DNA of 64,000 bases from the human T2T-CHM13v2.0 reference genome, Homo sapiens. The DNA lies in assembly GCF_009914755.1 (NCBI RefSeq), contig NC_060927.1; one strand, written 5' to 3'. The notes beneath the pieces were generated by a model. The model saw only the letters and a program-made list of their open reading frames with translations, was not told the DNA's origin and searched no databases. Position 1 is the stretch's first letter. Each line of letters begins with the position of its first letter. Below are positions 14,953-32,150 of the stretch, one piece after another. A program made the translations under genes and the position numbers.

Positions 14953-15279
14953 TCACTGGGACAGGTTGGACAGTGGATGCAGCCCACGGAGGGTGAGCTG
15001 AAGCAGGGCAGGGCATCGCCTCACCCAGTAAGTGCAAGGGGTCAGGGAATTCCCTTTCCTAGCCAAGGGAAGCCATGACAGACAGTACCTGGAAAATTGG
15101 GACACTTCTGCCCTAATACTGCACTTTTCCAATGGTCTTAGCAAATGGCAGACCAGGGGATTATATTCCGTGCCTGGCTCTGTGGGTCCCATGCCCAGGG
15201 AGACTTGCTCACTGCTAGTGCAGCAGTCCGAGATCAAACTGCAAGGCGGCAGCCTATCTGGGGGAGGGATGTCCACCAT
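14953..15279 (-). CDS. L1 antisense ORF0 homolog, open for 108 aa (expression unknown)
   Basis: MVDIPPPDRLPPCSLISDCC... matches ORF0 MAGAPPPASLPPCSLISDCC...; ATG in GCAATGG context. Confidence 0.6.
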   Translation of the reverse strand: MVDIPPPDRLPPCSLISDCCTSSEQVSLGMGPTEPGTEYNPLVCHLLRPLEKCSIRAEVSQFSRYCLSWLPLARKGNSLTPCTYWVRRCPALLQLTLRGLHPLSNLSQ

Positions 15280-15597
15280 TGCTGAGGCTTGAGTAGGTAA
15301 ACAAAGTGGTTGGGAAGCTCTAACTGGATAGAGCCCACCACAACTCAAGGAGGCCTGCCTGCCTCTGCAGACTCCACCTCTAGGGGCAGGGCATAGCTGA
15401 ACAAAAGGCAGCAGAAACGTCTGCAGACTTAAACATCCCTGTCTGACAGCTCAGAAGAGAGCAGTGGTTCTCCCAGCATGGTGTTTGAGCTCGGAGAACA
15501 AACAGACTGCCTCCACAAGTGGGTCCCTAACCCCCGTGTAGCCTAACTGGGAGACACCTCCCAGTAGGGGCCGACTGACACCTCATACAGCCAGATG

Positions 15598-15726
15598 CCC
15601 CTCTGAGACGAAGCTTCCAGAAGAAGGATCAGGCAGCAATATTTGCTGTTCTACAATATTTGCTGTTCTGCAGCCTCTGCTGGTGATACCCAGGCAAACA
15701 GGGTCTGGGGTGGACCTCCAGCAAAC
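15598..15726 (+). promoter_or_regulatory. L1 5'UTR 129-bp segment carrying the ZNF93 site (lost in L1PA3 and younger)
   Basis: Sequence between CCTCATACAGCCAGATG and TCCAACAGACC is present; young L1s lack it. Confidence 0.6.
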
Positions 15727-15880
15727 TCCAACAGACCTGCAGCTGAGGATGCTGACTGTTAGAAGAAAAACTTAACAAACAGAAAGGAATAGCATCAACA
15801 TCAACAAAAAGGACATTCACACCAAATCCTCATCTGTAGGTCACCATCATCAAAGACCAAAGGTAGATAAAACCACGAAG

Positions 15881-16907
15881 ATGGGGAGAAACCAGAGCAG
15901 AAAATCTGAAAATTCTAAAAACCAAAGCGCCTCTTCTTCTACTCCAAAGGATCGCAGCTCCTCGCCAGCAATGGAACAAAGCTGGACGGAGAATGACTTT
16001 GATGAGTTGACAGAAGTAGGCTTCAGAAGGTCGGTAATAACAAACTTCTCCGAGCTAAAGGAGGATGTTCGAACCCATCGCAAGGAAGGTAAAAACCTGA
16101 AAAAATAGTAGACCAATGGCTAGCTAGAATAAACAGCATAGAGAAGACCTTAAATGACCTGATGGAGCTGAAAACCATGGCACAAGAACTACGTGAAGCA
16201 TGCACAAGCTTCAGTAGCTGATTCGATCAACTGGAAGAAAGGGTATCAGTGATGGAAGATCAAATTAATAAATGAAGTGAGAAGAGAAGTTTAGAGAAAA
16301 AAGAGTAAAAATAAATGAACAAAGCCTCCAAGAAATATGGGACTATGTGAAAAGACCAAATCTATGTCTGATTGGTGTACCTGAAAGTGATGGGGAGAAT
16401 GGAACCAAGTTGGAAAACACTCTGTAGGATATTATCCAAGAGAAATTCCCCAACCTAGCAAGGCAGGCCAACATTCAAATTCAAGAAATACAGAGAACAC
16501 CACAAAGATACTCCTCAAGAAGAGCATCCCCAAGACACATAATTGTCAGATTCACCAGGGTTGAAATGAAGGAAAAAATGTTAAGGGCAGCCAGAGAGAA
16601 AGGTCAGGTTATCCACAAAGGGAAGCCCATCAGACTAACAGCTGATCTCTCAGCAGAAACTCTACAAGCCAGAAGAGAGTGGGGGCCAATATTCAACATT
16701 CTTAAAGAAAAGAATTTTCAACCCATAATTTCATATCCAGCCAAACTAAGCTTCATACGTGAAGGAGAAATAAAATACTTTACAGACAAGGAAATGCTGA
16801 GAGATTTTGTCACCACCAGGCCTGTCTTACAAGAGCTCCTGAAGGAAGCACTAAACATGGAAAGGAACAACCAGTACCAGCCACTGCAAAAACATGCCAA
16901 ATTGTAA
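15881..16907 (+). pseudogene. L1 ORF1p, disrupted
   Basis: MGRNQSRKSENSKNQSAS... and ...KEALNMERNNQYQPLQKHAKL; stops and frameshifts between. Confidence 0.92.
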
Positions 16908-16970
16908 CGACCATCGTTGCTAGGAAGAAATTGCATCAACTAACGGGCAAAATAACCAGCTAACATCATA

Positions 16971-19644
<2,674 letters not shown>

Positions 19645-20029
19645 ACAATGAGAACACTTGGACACAGGGTGGGGTACATCACACACCAGGTCCTGTCGTG
19701 GGGTGGGGGGAGAGGGGAGGGATAGCATTAGGAGAATTACCTAATGTAAATGACAAGTTAATGGGTGCAGGACGCCAACATGGCACAGGCATACATATGT
19801 AACAAACCTGCACGCACATGTACCCTAGAACTTAAAGTACAATAAAACGAAAAAAAGAATTTTCTGATCGGAGCATGTTAATTAGAAAAGTGTGTAATTA
19901 TGAGATCTTTTTTGAAACAGCATTATTTGATGTCACAAATTACTGAAAAGTATGTCATATTCCAAGCAAAACAGTAAAATTAAGCAATAAACTCTTTTTT
20001 TTTCACTGTGGCCACATCTATAAAATAGG

Positions 20030-20500
20030 CATTTGACAGAATGTTAATTGTCTACCCATATCCATTTCCTCTAAGCCTTTTATTTATATTTTTTTCTGAA
20101 CACATGAACACTCAGAGAAATAAAAAGATGATATTACTCAGTCTCCCTTAAAAACATATATGTTATGGAACTAAGTTCTCCCCAAAGGGAGTATATGAAA
20201 ATGAGGTATTCAAATTCTAAGAAGTGTCACTTAATGAAAGGATGATGCTTTCTCCTTCCTTTGCCTAGGTCCTGTTTGCTGAAATGTAACATGATGACTG
20301 GAACCAGGGAGATTTTTCTTGGACTGTGAGGTGGAAATTAGTTATTAGTAACGATTCTTCAACAGGATAGGAACCTGAATCCCTGGGGATTTTTGAGCTA
20401 TCACACCATCTCAAGACTACCTACTTTTACTTGAAACAAGAATAAACTTCAACTTTGTTAATTATTTTTATTTTGGGTTTTGTTACTTGAAGTCAAGCTT
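20030..20500 (+). mobile_element. old MaLR LTR (MLT1I/J-like)
   Basis: CAGTCTCCCTT...AAGTTCT, ATGATGACTGGA, TTGGACTGTGAGG, GAATAAACTTC...TTTTGTTACTTG. Confidence 0.55.
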
Positions 20501-22070
20501 TTCTTATGGAACAGATAGGTGAGTTAGAAATTAGTGATTTATTAATAATGGGAAAAAGAAGATGTAACAGTGAGAATAATCAAAGTTTAAAAAAAGCAGA
20601 GTATAGGAATGATTATCCAAAAGCCTGTATTAAAGGGATAATAGTTTTGAACTATATTAATGACTTTTCTTTCTCATGTTTCCTTTTATCAACATTCTAA
20701 TTTTCTGCCAGTGTCATTTATTTGACTGGGAAAGGTTTAGGGTTGTTACAGAAATGTACAGAGAAAGAATGTTAGTGATCAGCTGTTGACACTCAAAATC
20801 GGATTCAGCAGCTAGTATTGAAGGAGAGCTTTGTCTAAAACAAGAGGATTTTACAAATTTAAGTAATTTAATAAATCAACGCAAAGCATGGAAGGCAGGA
20901 CAGAAAATACAGATTTTCTCTGAAGCAGGAGAGAATACCCTTCTGCCCATGATATTAGGCTGCAAGGCATGTTAACATGGGCACGATGAGCAAATGCTGA
21001 AGGAGAAAGTGAAAATCCAAAATCTGGAAGAATAAAAACAAAATATGTGATAAAACATGAGAGGGCTCTAAATAATCTCCTTCCCATCTTGCTCTTCATA
21101 GATAGCTTCAGACACATTCCAGTGTATGTGCAGGGGCCTGGTAACACTCAGTCTTGTGAGCCACTTGTTTTGTTGTATCCTAGGACACTTTGAGATCTGG
21201 CTTCAGTCTGGCACCATTCAACGTGGTGTGAGAGCAAAGATGTGTATGGATGAATCTGAGGCCAGACTCCCAGTTTGCAATCATCTGAAATTGTTGCATG
21301 AGACTTAAAAATGCTCTTGTACTCCTGAGTATGGACACCAACCAGAAGAGATCTAGTGGAGTGGCACCGGGAGAACAGAGCAATAACTTGTAGATGTGCC
21401 AGAACCTTGGATGGAGCTGTGTGGGACCATACATAAGCTGCAGTGGTAGAAGCTACTGTGCCATTAAAATACAAACAACAACAAACTAACAAAGCAAAAG
21501 ATTCCCAAGATAAGACCTTAGTAGTAAAAGAAGAAAACCAGACAACACTGCAGTAAGATTCAATAAGAATCCAGAAAACAGTGACCAATGAGAATTGAGA
21601 TTAATCCTTCTCCAGTGCAGCTAAGTTGTGTTGCTCATATACCTAAATAGCATCAAGAGAAGACCATAAGGAAGCAGAGATGAAAAAAAACTGAGCAATC
21701 TATTTAAAATGACTTTTTTTAAAGAACACTCTTAAAAGATTTAATTGAAGATTGTAAATTGTAACATTTACATCGTATTATTCTTCCCTTACCCAGGAGG
21801 TAGGGATCATAAGAAAAATCAAATAAGCAAAAATAACCAAGAAAAAGATACATTTTCTTCACACATCTAAGTGTGGCATGAGTAAATTGGCTAGATCCCT
21901 ATATTTACAATGTTCAAAGAGAAGGCATGGCAGATATGCTTTTAAAAAACTGTCTGTAAACTGTTTACCATTAGCAAAAATACTCTCCTACTTTCTTCAC
22001 ATTATATTACAGTACATGTCTATACTTGCTTGGAAAAGTTATCTGTAAATATAATCCTAATATAGCATTT

Positions 22071-22962
<892 letters not shown>

Positions 22963-24892
22963 TCTGGGAATGGTCCCAGGAGATAGACCTCCAATGATGA
23001 CATTTGGGGAATATTTTGATTTATTCCTATGCTTCATTGCAGTGCTGAGCTTCTTACTACTGGGAAATGGGATACTAGGAATCCAGGGCATGTGTGACAT
23101 CACAATTAATTAATCAAACTATTGCCTGTGGTATATTGTGATAAAGTGCCAACTGAAGCCAGTGCCTTAAGAGCCCAAGTGACTGCTGCCCTTGACCTTA
23201 TGGTAATAATGATTATTATAAGGAGCATGGTGTGGGATAGATTTTTCTGAGTGACCCTGAGCTCTTACAGAGAAAAAAAAAATAAGCTCTCAGTTCAATT
23301 CACAGCCTAAGGGTCAGAGAGCCACCATGAGAACCATAAAAGAATATTTAGTGTAGTCACAGGACCGATATTGCTAAATTTGCACAATATTTACTTTGTG
23401 GGTTGAGTAAATTACAACAACAGTGAAATTCACCATTTCTCATGTGAAATTTAGGGTACCAATTGAAAAAGAATGAGATCTTGATACTTGGAAGGGGGAC
23501 ATACGTTTGAACCAAATGAAATTGACAACACTGAATGTACGAACCACTCTGAGGCCTCTGTACCAGTAGAAGTAGCTTGCTCTCCCATGCCTGAGGAGAC
23601 TAGCCTTCCTTGGCCTGCAAATCTTGTAATAACCTCACCTGTTGGAGATGCCTTGTTAGGGTCTTATGACCCAAACTAACTAGTGTGAAGTTACAGCATG
23701 CTCAGGAGGAACAGGTATACACCATACAAAAAGACTACATGGCAAAAGAATTGCAAGACCATGCTAATATATACCAATAGAAACATGGTGGGGTGGGACA
23801 TGTGTGGGAGTGGATTCAACAGGTGTTAGGCCAAGAAGCAGAGAATATAACACTAGATAACGCTGAATTCCTTGATATAGGAAACTAACTAGAGATTTCA
23901 GATTTGTTAGCTTGTAAAGCTGCAGGTGGCTCTAACAACTAACTTAACTTGGTTGATTGACTGAAACTTGGACACCAAGATTCCAGACATTTAACTAGAT
24001 GGAGATACCAGAGCCTACTGGTGAAGATAAACCAGTCCAGCATGATAAACCATAGCACTGAGAAATTCATTAGTGAAGAAACTTGAGCAGCTTTGCAGAC
24101 CAGATACTGTAGGGGATTCTGCCATTGGGATGGATTCCCTGATTTCAACAGGGATAACAGGCTCTGGGGTAACAGAAATCAAAAGATAGCACATAATCAT
24201 CAAGAACAAAGTGAGCATATCTAACTGGCAGGGATGACTAGTAATCAGAACACCCTGGTCTGTAGAGATCTTCGGCAGTGTCCACTGAACACTGTGTTCC
24301 TAGGAATGAAATACATGAGTAGCCTGCCAGAGTTATTGTTTTATCTACCCAGTAGGAAAAAAAAAGCCCTCTAGGTATGTAGCTGAAACCCTGACATAAA
24401 TGGAAACAGCTTCTCACCTATTTCCTAAGTCAGTCCACAGACACAGAGCCCCCCGACTGAAGGAGAAACTGGGTCCATTTGTGGAAGGCTGCACCATATG
24501 GTAAATCTTTCAAGACTAAGAAGTCTATTTTCTCTTTGCCTGTTATATGCATGTTTTTATTTGTATACCTAAACATTTGTATGTCTCCTTCTTCCTGTTT
24601 TTATTTTATATACAAGTGGTAGGTGGTTAACTTTACAACTTGGTCTTTATTTCATAGAGTATTTAGTGGAACTGTGGTGGAATTTGAGGAGTAATTAATA
24701 TAGCTAGTAATGGATACAATGACTGTTGGGACTGTGTCACCTCATTTTGGAAAAGGATGAAAAATACCTTCACTTTCAGGAAGAACATTTATAACTTATT
24801 AGGTGGAAATACAGAGTTGTTTCACTTTTGAATAAAAGTTCAAGATTGAATAGAAGAGTGAATATGGAAACTGAGTAACCAAAGGCATGCAC
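22963..24892 (+). mobile_element. ERVL internal remnant (gag-like, pol largely deleted)
   Basis: ~23745-23882 translates KELQDHANIYQ*...VWEWIQQVLGQEAENITLDNAEFLDIG, like ERV-L gag; degenerate PPT-region CCAAAGGCATGCAC before the 3' LTR. Confidence 0.8.
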
Positions 24893-25559
24893 TGTCCTAG
24901 TCATCACTTTATTGTCTCTTGGTTGAAAGTTCACAATTTACTGCTTTATTTCTGACAGTGGGGCTGGAACCTGTAAACATTCCTTCTTTGCCAGTCAGGA
25001 TAATGTTAAGCTTTGTTAGTAGAAGCTACTAAGGGGGAAATTGAAGGATGAATGGGTTTCTCTCCCAGGTTCTTTTATGCTTCTTGACGTTGGCTCCTAC
25101 AACACAGCTTGTTTCTACAAAGCCTGTCCAGCCACATCCACAGCTTTTGCAGGGCCAGCTCCAGGTATCCAGACAGTGCTGACTCTGAAACCCCATCAGT
25201 TGCCTTCATGACAGAGTGCTGCTTGTATGACACCTATCTGTGGATGGCTTCTACTGATATCTTCCTGAGTACTTTGCAGCCTCAGCAAACCCTGCCATGC
25301 AGATGTTCATGGCTATGCCCTCTCCAATTAATCTGGATCGGTATGGTGTGTGGAAGCTGGTTCCAGACCCTCTTGCTTCTATTATGTATCAATTCAGCCT
25401 TATGGGTAGTGGCCCCTATAATTTGCTATTACTCTATTATTAACAGTTCTGTTTATTCTTTGCTAGCAAATCCCCTCTTACAGTTAATAATTTTTGATAT
25501 TAAGATTACTGTCTGGTAATCTTAACCTGATGTTTATCTTCTGGATCCTGACTGATATA
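24893..25559 (+). mobile_element. ERVL 3' LTR, LTR41-family
   Basis: TGTCCTAGTCATCACTTTATTG start, TTTGCCAG...AAGCTTTGTTAGTAGA, ends CCTGACTGATATA. Confidence 0.7.
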
Positions 25560-27182
25560 CCTCTTACAGTTTTGATATTTTTAGTTTGAGAAAAAAAGAA
25601 AGTACTAACATTAAGGTCTGATTGTTAGTCTTCCAGGAATTATTAATTTTTTAGTTCTCTATTATTTATAACTCATCTATTCTTGAAATTACTAAAGCAA
25701 ATTAGATATAATATTTTGAATGTTATTTAAATAAAATTAACACAAATAAACTTATCAAAACTTAGCTGAGCCCAGCATCCAGGAGCAGGAAGGTCATAGC
25801 TCCCACACCCTGAAGTGGGACAACGTAGAGTCATAAGACAAAGAGTGTGGATAGTGGGAGAAGTGAAGTGTTGGTGCCAAATGAAACAATTTATTGCATT
25901 TAATAAAGAGTTAGAAAAACACCCTGAGGAAAAAAAAAGTTGTTAATTGTGTCTAAATCACTTAGTTTTAAGACTACTGACTTTACTATTTTTATAGAAA
26001 TAAAACATTTTTTAGAAAAAAGTAAACCCAACATCTAAAACTTTTAGAAGGTATAGGCTTTTAATATATGCGCATTGACCTAGACATTTAACTACATATG
26101 GATACAAATAAAATATTATTAAATACATATAAAATATAGTTATAATTTAATAAAAGTGCAATTTAAGTAAAACATTAAATTTATTTTACTTAATTTAAAA
26201 AAGTTAAAGGAAATCAAAGTAAACAGAATGGCTGAACAAAATTTATCTTTCACAAAGGATAATATTAAAGGTCTATTTATTTATAAGCAAAAAACAGTTT
26301 GAAAACTACTAGAGGTTCGAGGATTATGTGGTTTAAATTACACATTTTATCCTCATTCATTATACGAGTTGACAACCTACTATAAAAAATAAGAAAGATT
26401 GTGATCACTCACCTCTGTCTTCCCACTCACCCTTTTTCCTAATTTTTATTTCTGCTACTCATGTTACTACTTTTATTATTTTTATTTTTTCAGGGATTAA
26501 TAACATTTACAATCATATAATTATTATGGTCTATAATTCCCACAGTTGTTTAGCATTAGTTCCATATTAATAGGGATTCCAAGCAAGTTTTGTACTAAGA
26601 TTTACTATATGTGCAGAAAAGTACACATACAGTAAACGTTAAGCTCGCTAACACTTTATAAATGAAGACATCAATATATCCACACAGAACATTACTAGCA
26701 CTCCAAACAGCTCCCCACCCACTTGGTTCCATCCGTATTCCAGGGAAACTAGCACCTTGATTTCTAAAATAATACCAATTTAACGCTTTACAAATTTTAA
26801 TAAGTGGGTTGACTGGATTTTATTGTCAATATTTTTAATAAAAGGCTATTGCTGTTGAATTCTCTAAGTTATTTCATGTTTAAAAATACGTGTCATTGCT
26901 TTAATGTCTTCCGGCATCAAATATTCTAATTTTCCTTTCTACCAATTATATTATTCATCTTTTGGTTGTTCATATTGCATTGTCAAGTAGCATTTTTTTT
27001 TCAAAAATTCTCATGGCTATGTGAGTTCCTCAATACATGTATTTATCCTTGAATGCACACTTGGCTAGGTATTTTATTCTTAAGTTGTACCCTTTTTTTT
27101 CTTTCAGAAATGTGCAGGCATTTTACCATTGTCTTCTGTCATTTATTGTTGATATATATATATATATATATATAAAGGCATT

Positions 27183-27640
27183 TGTGTCATATGAGTCCTC
27201 CAAGAAAAAGACACACAGACAGACTTAGAAATGCCAGACATTGATTGAGGGTAACTCCCATGAAATAGAAAAGAAAGGTGGCAATCAGAGTAAGACATAG
27301 GCCAGACACACATGAAAGCAGAGGTGGAAGGAAGAAGTGAATATGAAGGGCCTGGAACTAAGGTGTGGTTTTGAGGACATCTCAGCCATCCCAGTGAGAA
27401 GCTTTGGTTCAAAGACTGCCCAGAGAGGAGCCCTGGGCTGGGAGAAGATGGCTAGTCATGAGAATACCAGACATGCTCAGTAGGTTACTGAGGTGGCCAC
27501 ACTGGGAAATGTGTGATTTTGTGTCAAATGCTGTCACAGATCTTTAAAAGAGTACAGCTGTAGGTTGTCAGTTAACTTCATTCCTCACAGCTGAGTGGAA
27601 AATGTTTTCTTGAAGGCACAGCCTCATGGTTGCCAGATAT
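27183..27640 (-). mobile_element. ERVL LTR16-family solo LTR
   Basis: GAGTCCTCCAAGAAAAAGACAC..AGACTTAGAAATGC, AGCTGTAGGTTGTCAGTTAAC. Confidence 0.55.
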
Positions 27641-27684
27641 TATCCTTTTTCCTTTCTATGTTCCTGGAAATTCTTTCTCTATCT

Positions 27685-27990
27685 CTTTTTTCATGGTCTC
27701 ACTCTGTTACCCAAGGTGGAGTATAGTGGCTCATGATCATAGCTCACTGTTACCTTAAACTCCTGGGTTCAAGCAATCCTCCCACCTCAGACTCCCCAAC
27801 AGTTAGGACTACAGACATGCATCACCATGCCCAGTTATTTTTTCATTCTTTCTTTTTTTTTTTTTTTTTGTAGAGATGGGGGTCTCAGTATGTTGTCCAT
27901 GCTGGTCTCAAACTCTAAAACTCCTGGCCTCAAGTAGTCTTGGTCTCCCAAAGCACTGTGATTACAGGTGTGAACGATAGCACCTGGTCC
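27685..27990 (-). mobile_element. Alu SINE, AluJ
   Basis: GATCATAGCTCACTG, AACTCCTGGG.TCAAGCAATCCTCCCACCTCAG J-type diagnostics. Confidence 0.9.
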
Positions 27991-28916
27991 CCAAATTCTT
28001 TATCCTTGAAATTAAACAATCTCAGTATAAATCGTTTTATATTATTATTTTATTTCTTTATGGACCACTCTATCTTTTTTAAATTCTGCACATCTATTTC
28101 TTTATCACAGGATATCTTTTTGGTATTCCATCATGATTTTTTCTCTTTTTTCATATGGTAACTTAGGCACTAACTTTCCTCTGAGAATCTTCTCAAATAT
28201 TATCTACCTAGTTTTATTCTGGGAAGCATATCCCATTTCTATGGGACAATGCTCTCAAGCTATTGATCTATCTTCTGATTCAATATGATACTCTAGATGA
28301 TGTGATCTGTGGATGAAATTCCTGTATAAAAATGCTGCATACATGGATACAATCTCCTACTGTAACTAGTTTTTCTATGACTTTTCCTGAGTGCAGTGTA
28401 TAAAAATCTATTGCAGGAAATTGATTTCTTTATTTTAATTTTGATGCTATTTGTGAATAATTGCTTTTAAAATAAAAGTATTCTTTATTTTCTTTCCTTC
28501 TGAGATAATTTCATTATGTGGCATCAGTTAGCATTTCTACTGTTCAATAAAATTTAATTCACTATAAATCAATTTTTTAAAATTAATTATAAAAATATTA
28601 AGCATTTTTTAATTCAACATATATATATATACTATGCTTAAAAATTCTTGTATCATGGAGGTGATATTCACCATATTATATCTACTAATGACACAATGAA
28701 CTTTTTTGAGAGATACATTTTTTAAAATGATTCTGTAAATGACTAAAGTCTTTGGTAATAAAAGCTGGAGATTGGAGGTTACTTTTGAAAATAAAGAATT
28801 TGAAGGAGAGAATGTAGAAATGTGAAGCAGAAACTTAGCCATGAGATGAAGACTAAATTGAGAACGGAATGTTCATATAAGGTAAAAAAAATATATATAC
28901 ATGTTTAATAATTGTT

Positions 28917-29130
28917 TAGAGGGGGAAGGGAGGGCAGGGAGAGAAGGAGACAAGGGTTGAAAAACCGACTGTTGAGTAGCATGCTCACTACCTGGGTGGC
29001 AAGATCATTTGTACCCCAAACCTCAGCATTGCACAATATACCCAGGTATCAAACCTGCACATGTAAACCCTGAATCTAAAAGTTGAAACTATTTTTTTTA
29101 AATAAATAAATACAAATTTTTTTAAAAGAA
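28917..29130 (+). mobile_element. L1 3'UTR fragment, L1PA15/16-like
   Basis: TGCTCACTACCTGGGTG, ACCCCAAACCTCAGCAT, CCTGAATCTAAAAGTTGAAA plus A-rich tail. Confidence 0.85.
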
Positions 29131-29552
29131 AAAACTGTTTATGGCTTATTGTTTAAATAGGGCTTCTTGAATTATAAAATTTCTTACAAAAACAGAAAAA
29201 ATACTAATTGGCTATAGTCAAAATTTGATTTAAAAATATAGAGACATATAACTCTAATAAGAACTCTCCTCATCAGAGAGTAATGCTGACAAATGCTTTA
29301 CGAATACTTGAGACTTTCTTGCTCAAAAAGTGTTGAGGAGAAATTTTATTCCTCCTCTATTTTCTGACCCCTTAGGGTTAAAGGCACCTATAGTTTGCCT
29401 GCAATAAAATCAAAAAGACACCCCTGTACTGCACAATCTCTTTGTGATGCAGTCAAAATAAAGTGTCATTTCTATCATTCCCCACGCTGTTCTATGTGTC
29501 ATGGCACATGAAACAGGATGGGTTAACTAGAAAATGACTAGTATTGATATCT

Positions 29553-30420
29553 GCGGAGTTTTAAAAATATGGCCTCACAATTCTCTGATGCTCCTCTCAT
29601 TGAGAGAAACTGTGCCTTTCCTCCTTTCAATCTGTGATTTGTGACTGATTGACCAAAAAGACACAGCTGAAATGACCTAATGTCACTCTCCAAGCCCAAA
29701 TCTTCATACATTAGGAACTTCCACTTCCTATCTCTTAGGATATTCACCCTTGGAACTCAGTTACCATGCTGTAAGCAAGCTCAAGCATCCACAAGGAGAG
29801 GATCTCTAGGAGAAAGTGACTGCATTATCTTGTCAGCTATGTGAGTCATGAGAAATGAATTGTCCATCTTCAGCTAAGCAACACCAGTGACTCTGAATGA
29901 ACAGAGCCATTCTGCATGAGCTGCGCTTGCAGAATCCTTTCTGAATTGTAGATTTATTGGCAAATATGATTATTTTTATTTTATATCAATACATTTTGAG
30001 GTGGTTTGTTACAGAGCAATAGATAACTGAACTGGAATTTGATACCTGGAGGTTTGATGCTTCCATAATAAAAACCTAAAATATATGGTGTTGGGTTTGG
30101 AACTAGATGGCAGGCTGAAGTTCAAAGGGCTTTGAGGGGAGTATTAGTGGGAGTCTAAGATTCTTAGATGGAGAAAGAGGTTATTGGCTAGGTCATAAAT
30201 AATGATAAAGAAGTTGTTATTGGAAACTGGAAGAAATTGAGAGAAAAGTTATCACTGACAGTAAGGTATAAGTAGGAAATATTCCTAATGAATGCAAGAT
30301 CTTGCTAAAGAGTTTTCCAAGAACATTGAAAGAGCAAAATGACTTCTTCTCACTGTCTATGATAAAATGAGAAATGAGAGAACAAGGATCTACCCCAGGG
30401 AAGAAAGGCCAGTATGTGAT
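29553..30420 (+). mobile_element. MaLR MLT1G/H LTR (to ~30032) followed by MLT1 internal sequence
   Basis: AAAATATGGCCTCACAATTCTCTGA start, GGTGGTTTGTTACAGAGCAATAGATAACTGAAC end, then int-like AAAACCTAAAATATATGG..TTTGGAACT. Confidence 0.8.
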
Positions 30421-31399
30421 TTTCATAGGTCCATACATGGGAAATCATGCAGAATCATTCCTGAGAGGATGAAGCTGTGTGCTTGGAGAAGCAGCAGCAG
30501 CAGGCAGACTTGACAGAAAGTGTCCCCTGTGACAGGGAAATAAAAACTATGGGCACTAGGAACCACATTTCTGTCTAGATACCCCTTAAATGTCAGGACT
30601 TTGATAAAGTGGCTTGGAGTCTTTACGGCCTTGACAGGAAGAGTAATAATACCCCTAGCCCATAAGAACCTAGAGACAGTGGCATTGTCATTTACAACTC
30701 ATGTGAGCTTGAACAAGGATCATACTAATGTTAACCAATGACGATTAAAAACTGTAACATTTTCCCCACAAAGTTTGAAGCTACTAGGAACTCACAGGCT
30801 AGGGAAATACCTAGAGTGTGTTGGCAGAAGAGGTGGTGGTAGTGGTGGTATATGTTGGGAAAAGACTGTCCACAAAACATGACTGAAATAGAATTTTCTC
30901 CTAGCTTTTCAGGAAGTTGAGTTCAAGATAGATTTAATCTATTACGACCAATAAAATATCACGTGATTTTCAACCTTGCATCATGGACAAAAATATGTAT
31001 CCATAGCAACTCCCAGAAAACAGAGGAAGTGACCATTCAAGTTGACTTTATTGCTCTGGGAAGAATCAGACCAAGTCAAATACTTTAAGAAAATTCAAGA
31101 ACTTTAAGTGTATGAGTCATCATTTAATGAACACAATTTTTTTCAAATATTTTATCAATTTAGTGTTTAGGAAAAGGGAGCATTTGGGAGAGGGGAAGAT
31201 TTTCCTTCAATTCATTGGAAGAAAACACATTAAATTTATGTGGATAATTAGAAATTGATTTAATTATTGGGTGCTTAACTACTCTCTAGCTGTCATTCTA
31301 AGAATGGTCATTTTAACAACAGCAAGTAGAGGATTTTAAAGTTTCTATTTTTATTTGAATAGTCCACATTTGAAGTTCCCATCTGGGAAGGAGAGGCTT

Positions 31400-32150
31400 G
31401 CCATGTAGGCATGGGTGCAAATGACATGAACAATTTATTCACAAGAGAAGAAATGTCACATGATAAGTAAGCACATGAAAAATTCTCAACCTCCTTAATG
31501 ATCAAAGAAATACACCCCAAATAAAGAAAACTATATTTTTAAAGTAGCAAATAAATAAAGATGAAAATAAAAGTATCACATACAGTGATACTGATAGAGT
31601 AGAAAAACAGGCGAATATAGAAAATACAATTAGGCAAAAGCTCCCTGGAAAAAAAATGGCATTATTTATCAAAAGTTTTAACACTTGCCTACTATTTAAG
31701 CCAGAAATAATTTTTATTCTAATACTCTATACTAAGGACATAATTAGAGTTATGCACAACTTCTTCATGGATATTTATCATAGGGATTTCTGTAATGAGG
31801 AAAAATAGGAAGCAAAAAAAATCCAATCTACTTGTTCAAAGTTAGGGTACTACTTAAATAAAATATGGTATTCTTAACAGAACACTAAGCAGCCAATGAA
31901 AACATCAATGTGACTATGTCAGTTGACATGGAAAAATGCTCATAATGAAGTTTTAAGTGAAGCATCAAACCACAAGATAGTATGCACAGTGTTAAGCTAC
32001 TGTTATGGCATATACCCACATATATAAATACATCTATATGTACATACACTGTGAAAGTTGAGTAGATAACTTGAGGAAAGGGCTGAAGGTTTGGAATAGT
32101 CATGTAGTCCATAAGAAAGGGAGCAGACCAGGTATGGATACTGTAAATAA
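31400..32150 (+). mobile_element. L1ME-type 3' fragment
   Basis: ATGAACAATTTATTCACAAGAGAAGAAAT..., TTAAATAAAATATGGTAT..GCAGCCAATGAAAA. Confidence 0.65.

Larger units (their letters stand above)
26330..28550 (-). mobile_element. ancient L1M (L1MC/ME-type) fragments, ORF1 region, interrupted
   Basis: T-rich antisense L1 ORF1-like sequence such as TTGGCTAGGTATTTTATTCTTAAGTTG...CCATTGTCTTCTG. Confidence 0.5.

Noticed and set aside
15636-15672. CAATATTTGCTGTTCT tandem duplicate
   Set aside because: Part of the normal L1PA5/6 5'UTR as I recall the consensus.
21148-21588. 146-aa minus-strand hydrophobic ORF
   Set aside because: Non-ATG start, no recognisable homology; the region looks like an old LTR-like relic.
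25109-25519. 136-aa ORF
   Set aside because: Lies inside an LTR, has a non-ATG start and no homology.
25501-25524. 9-bp hairpin TAAGATTAC-N6-GTAATCTTA at the LTR end
   Set aside because: Short and AT-rich; could be chance, and I cannot tie it to a junction without the consensus.
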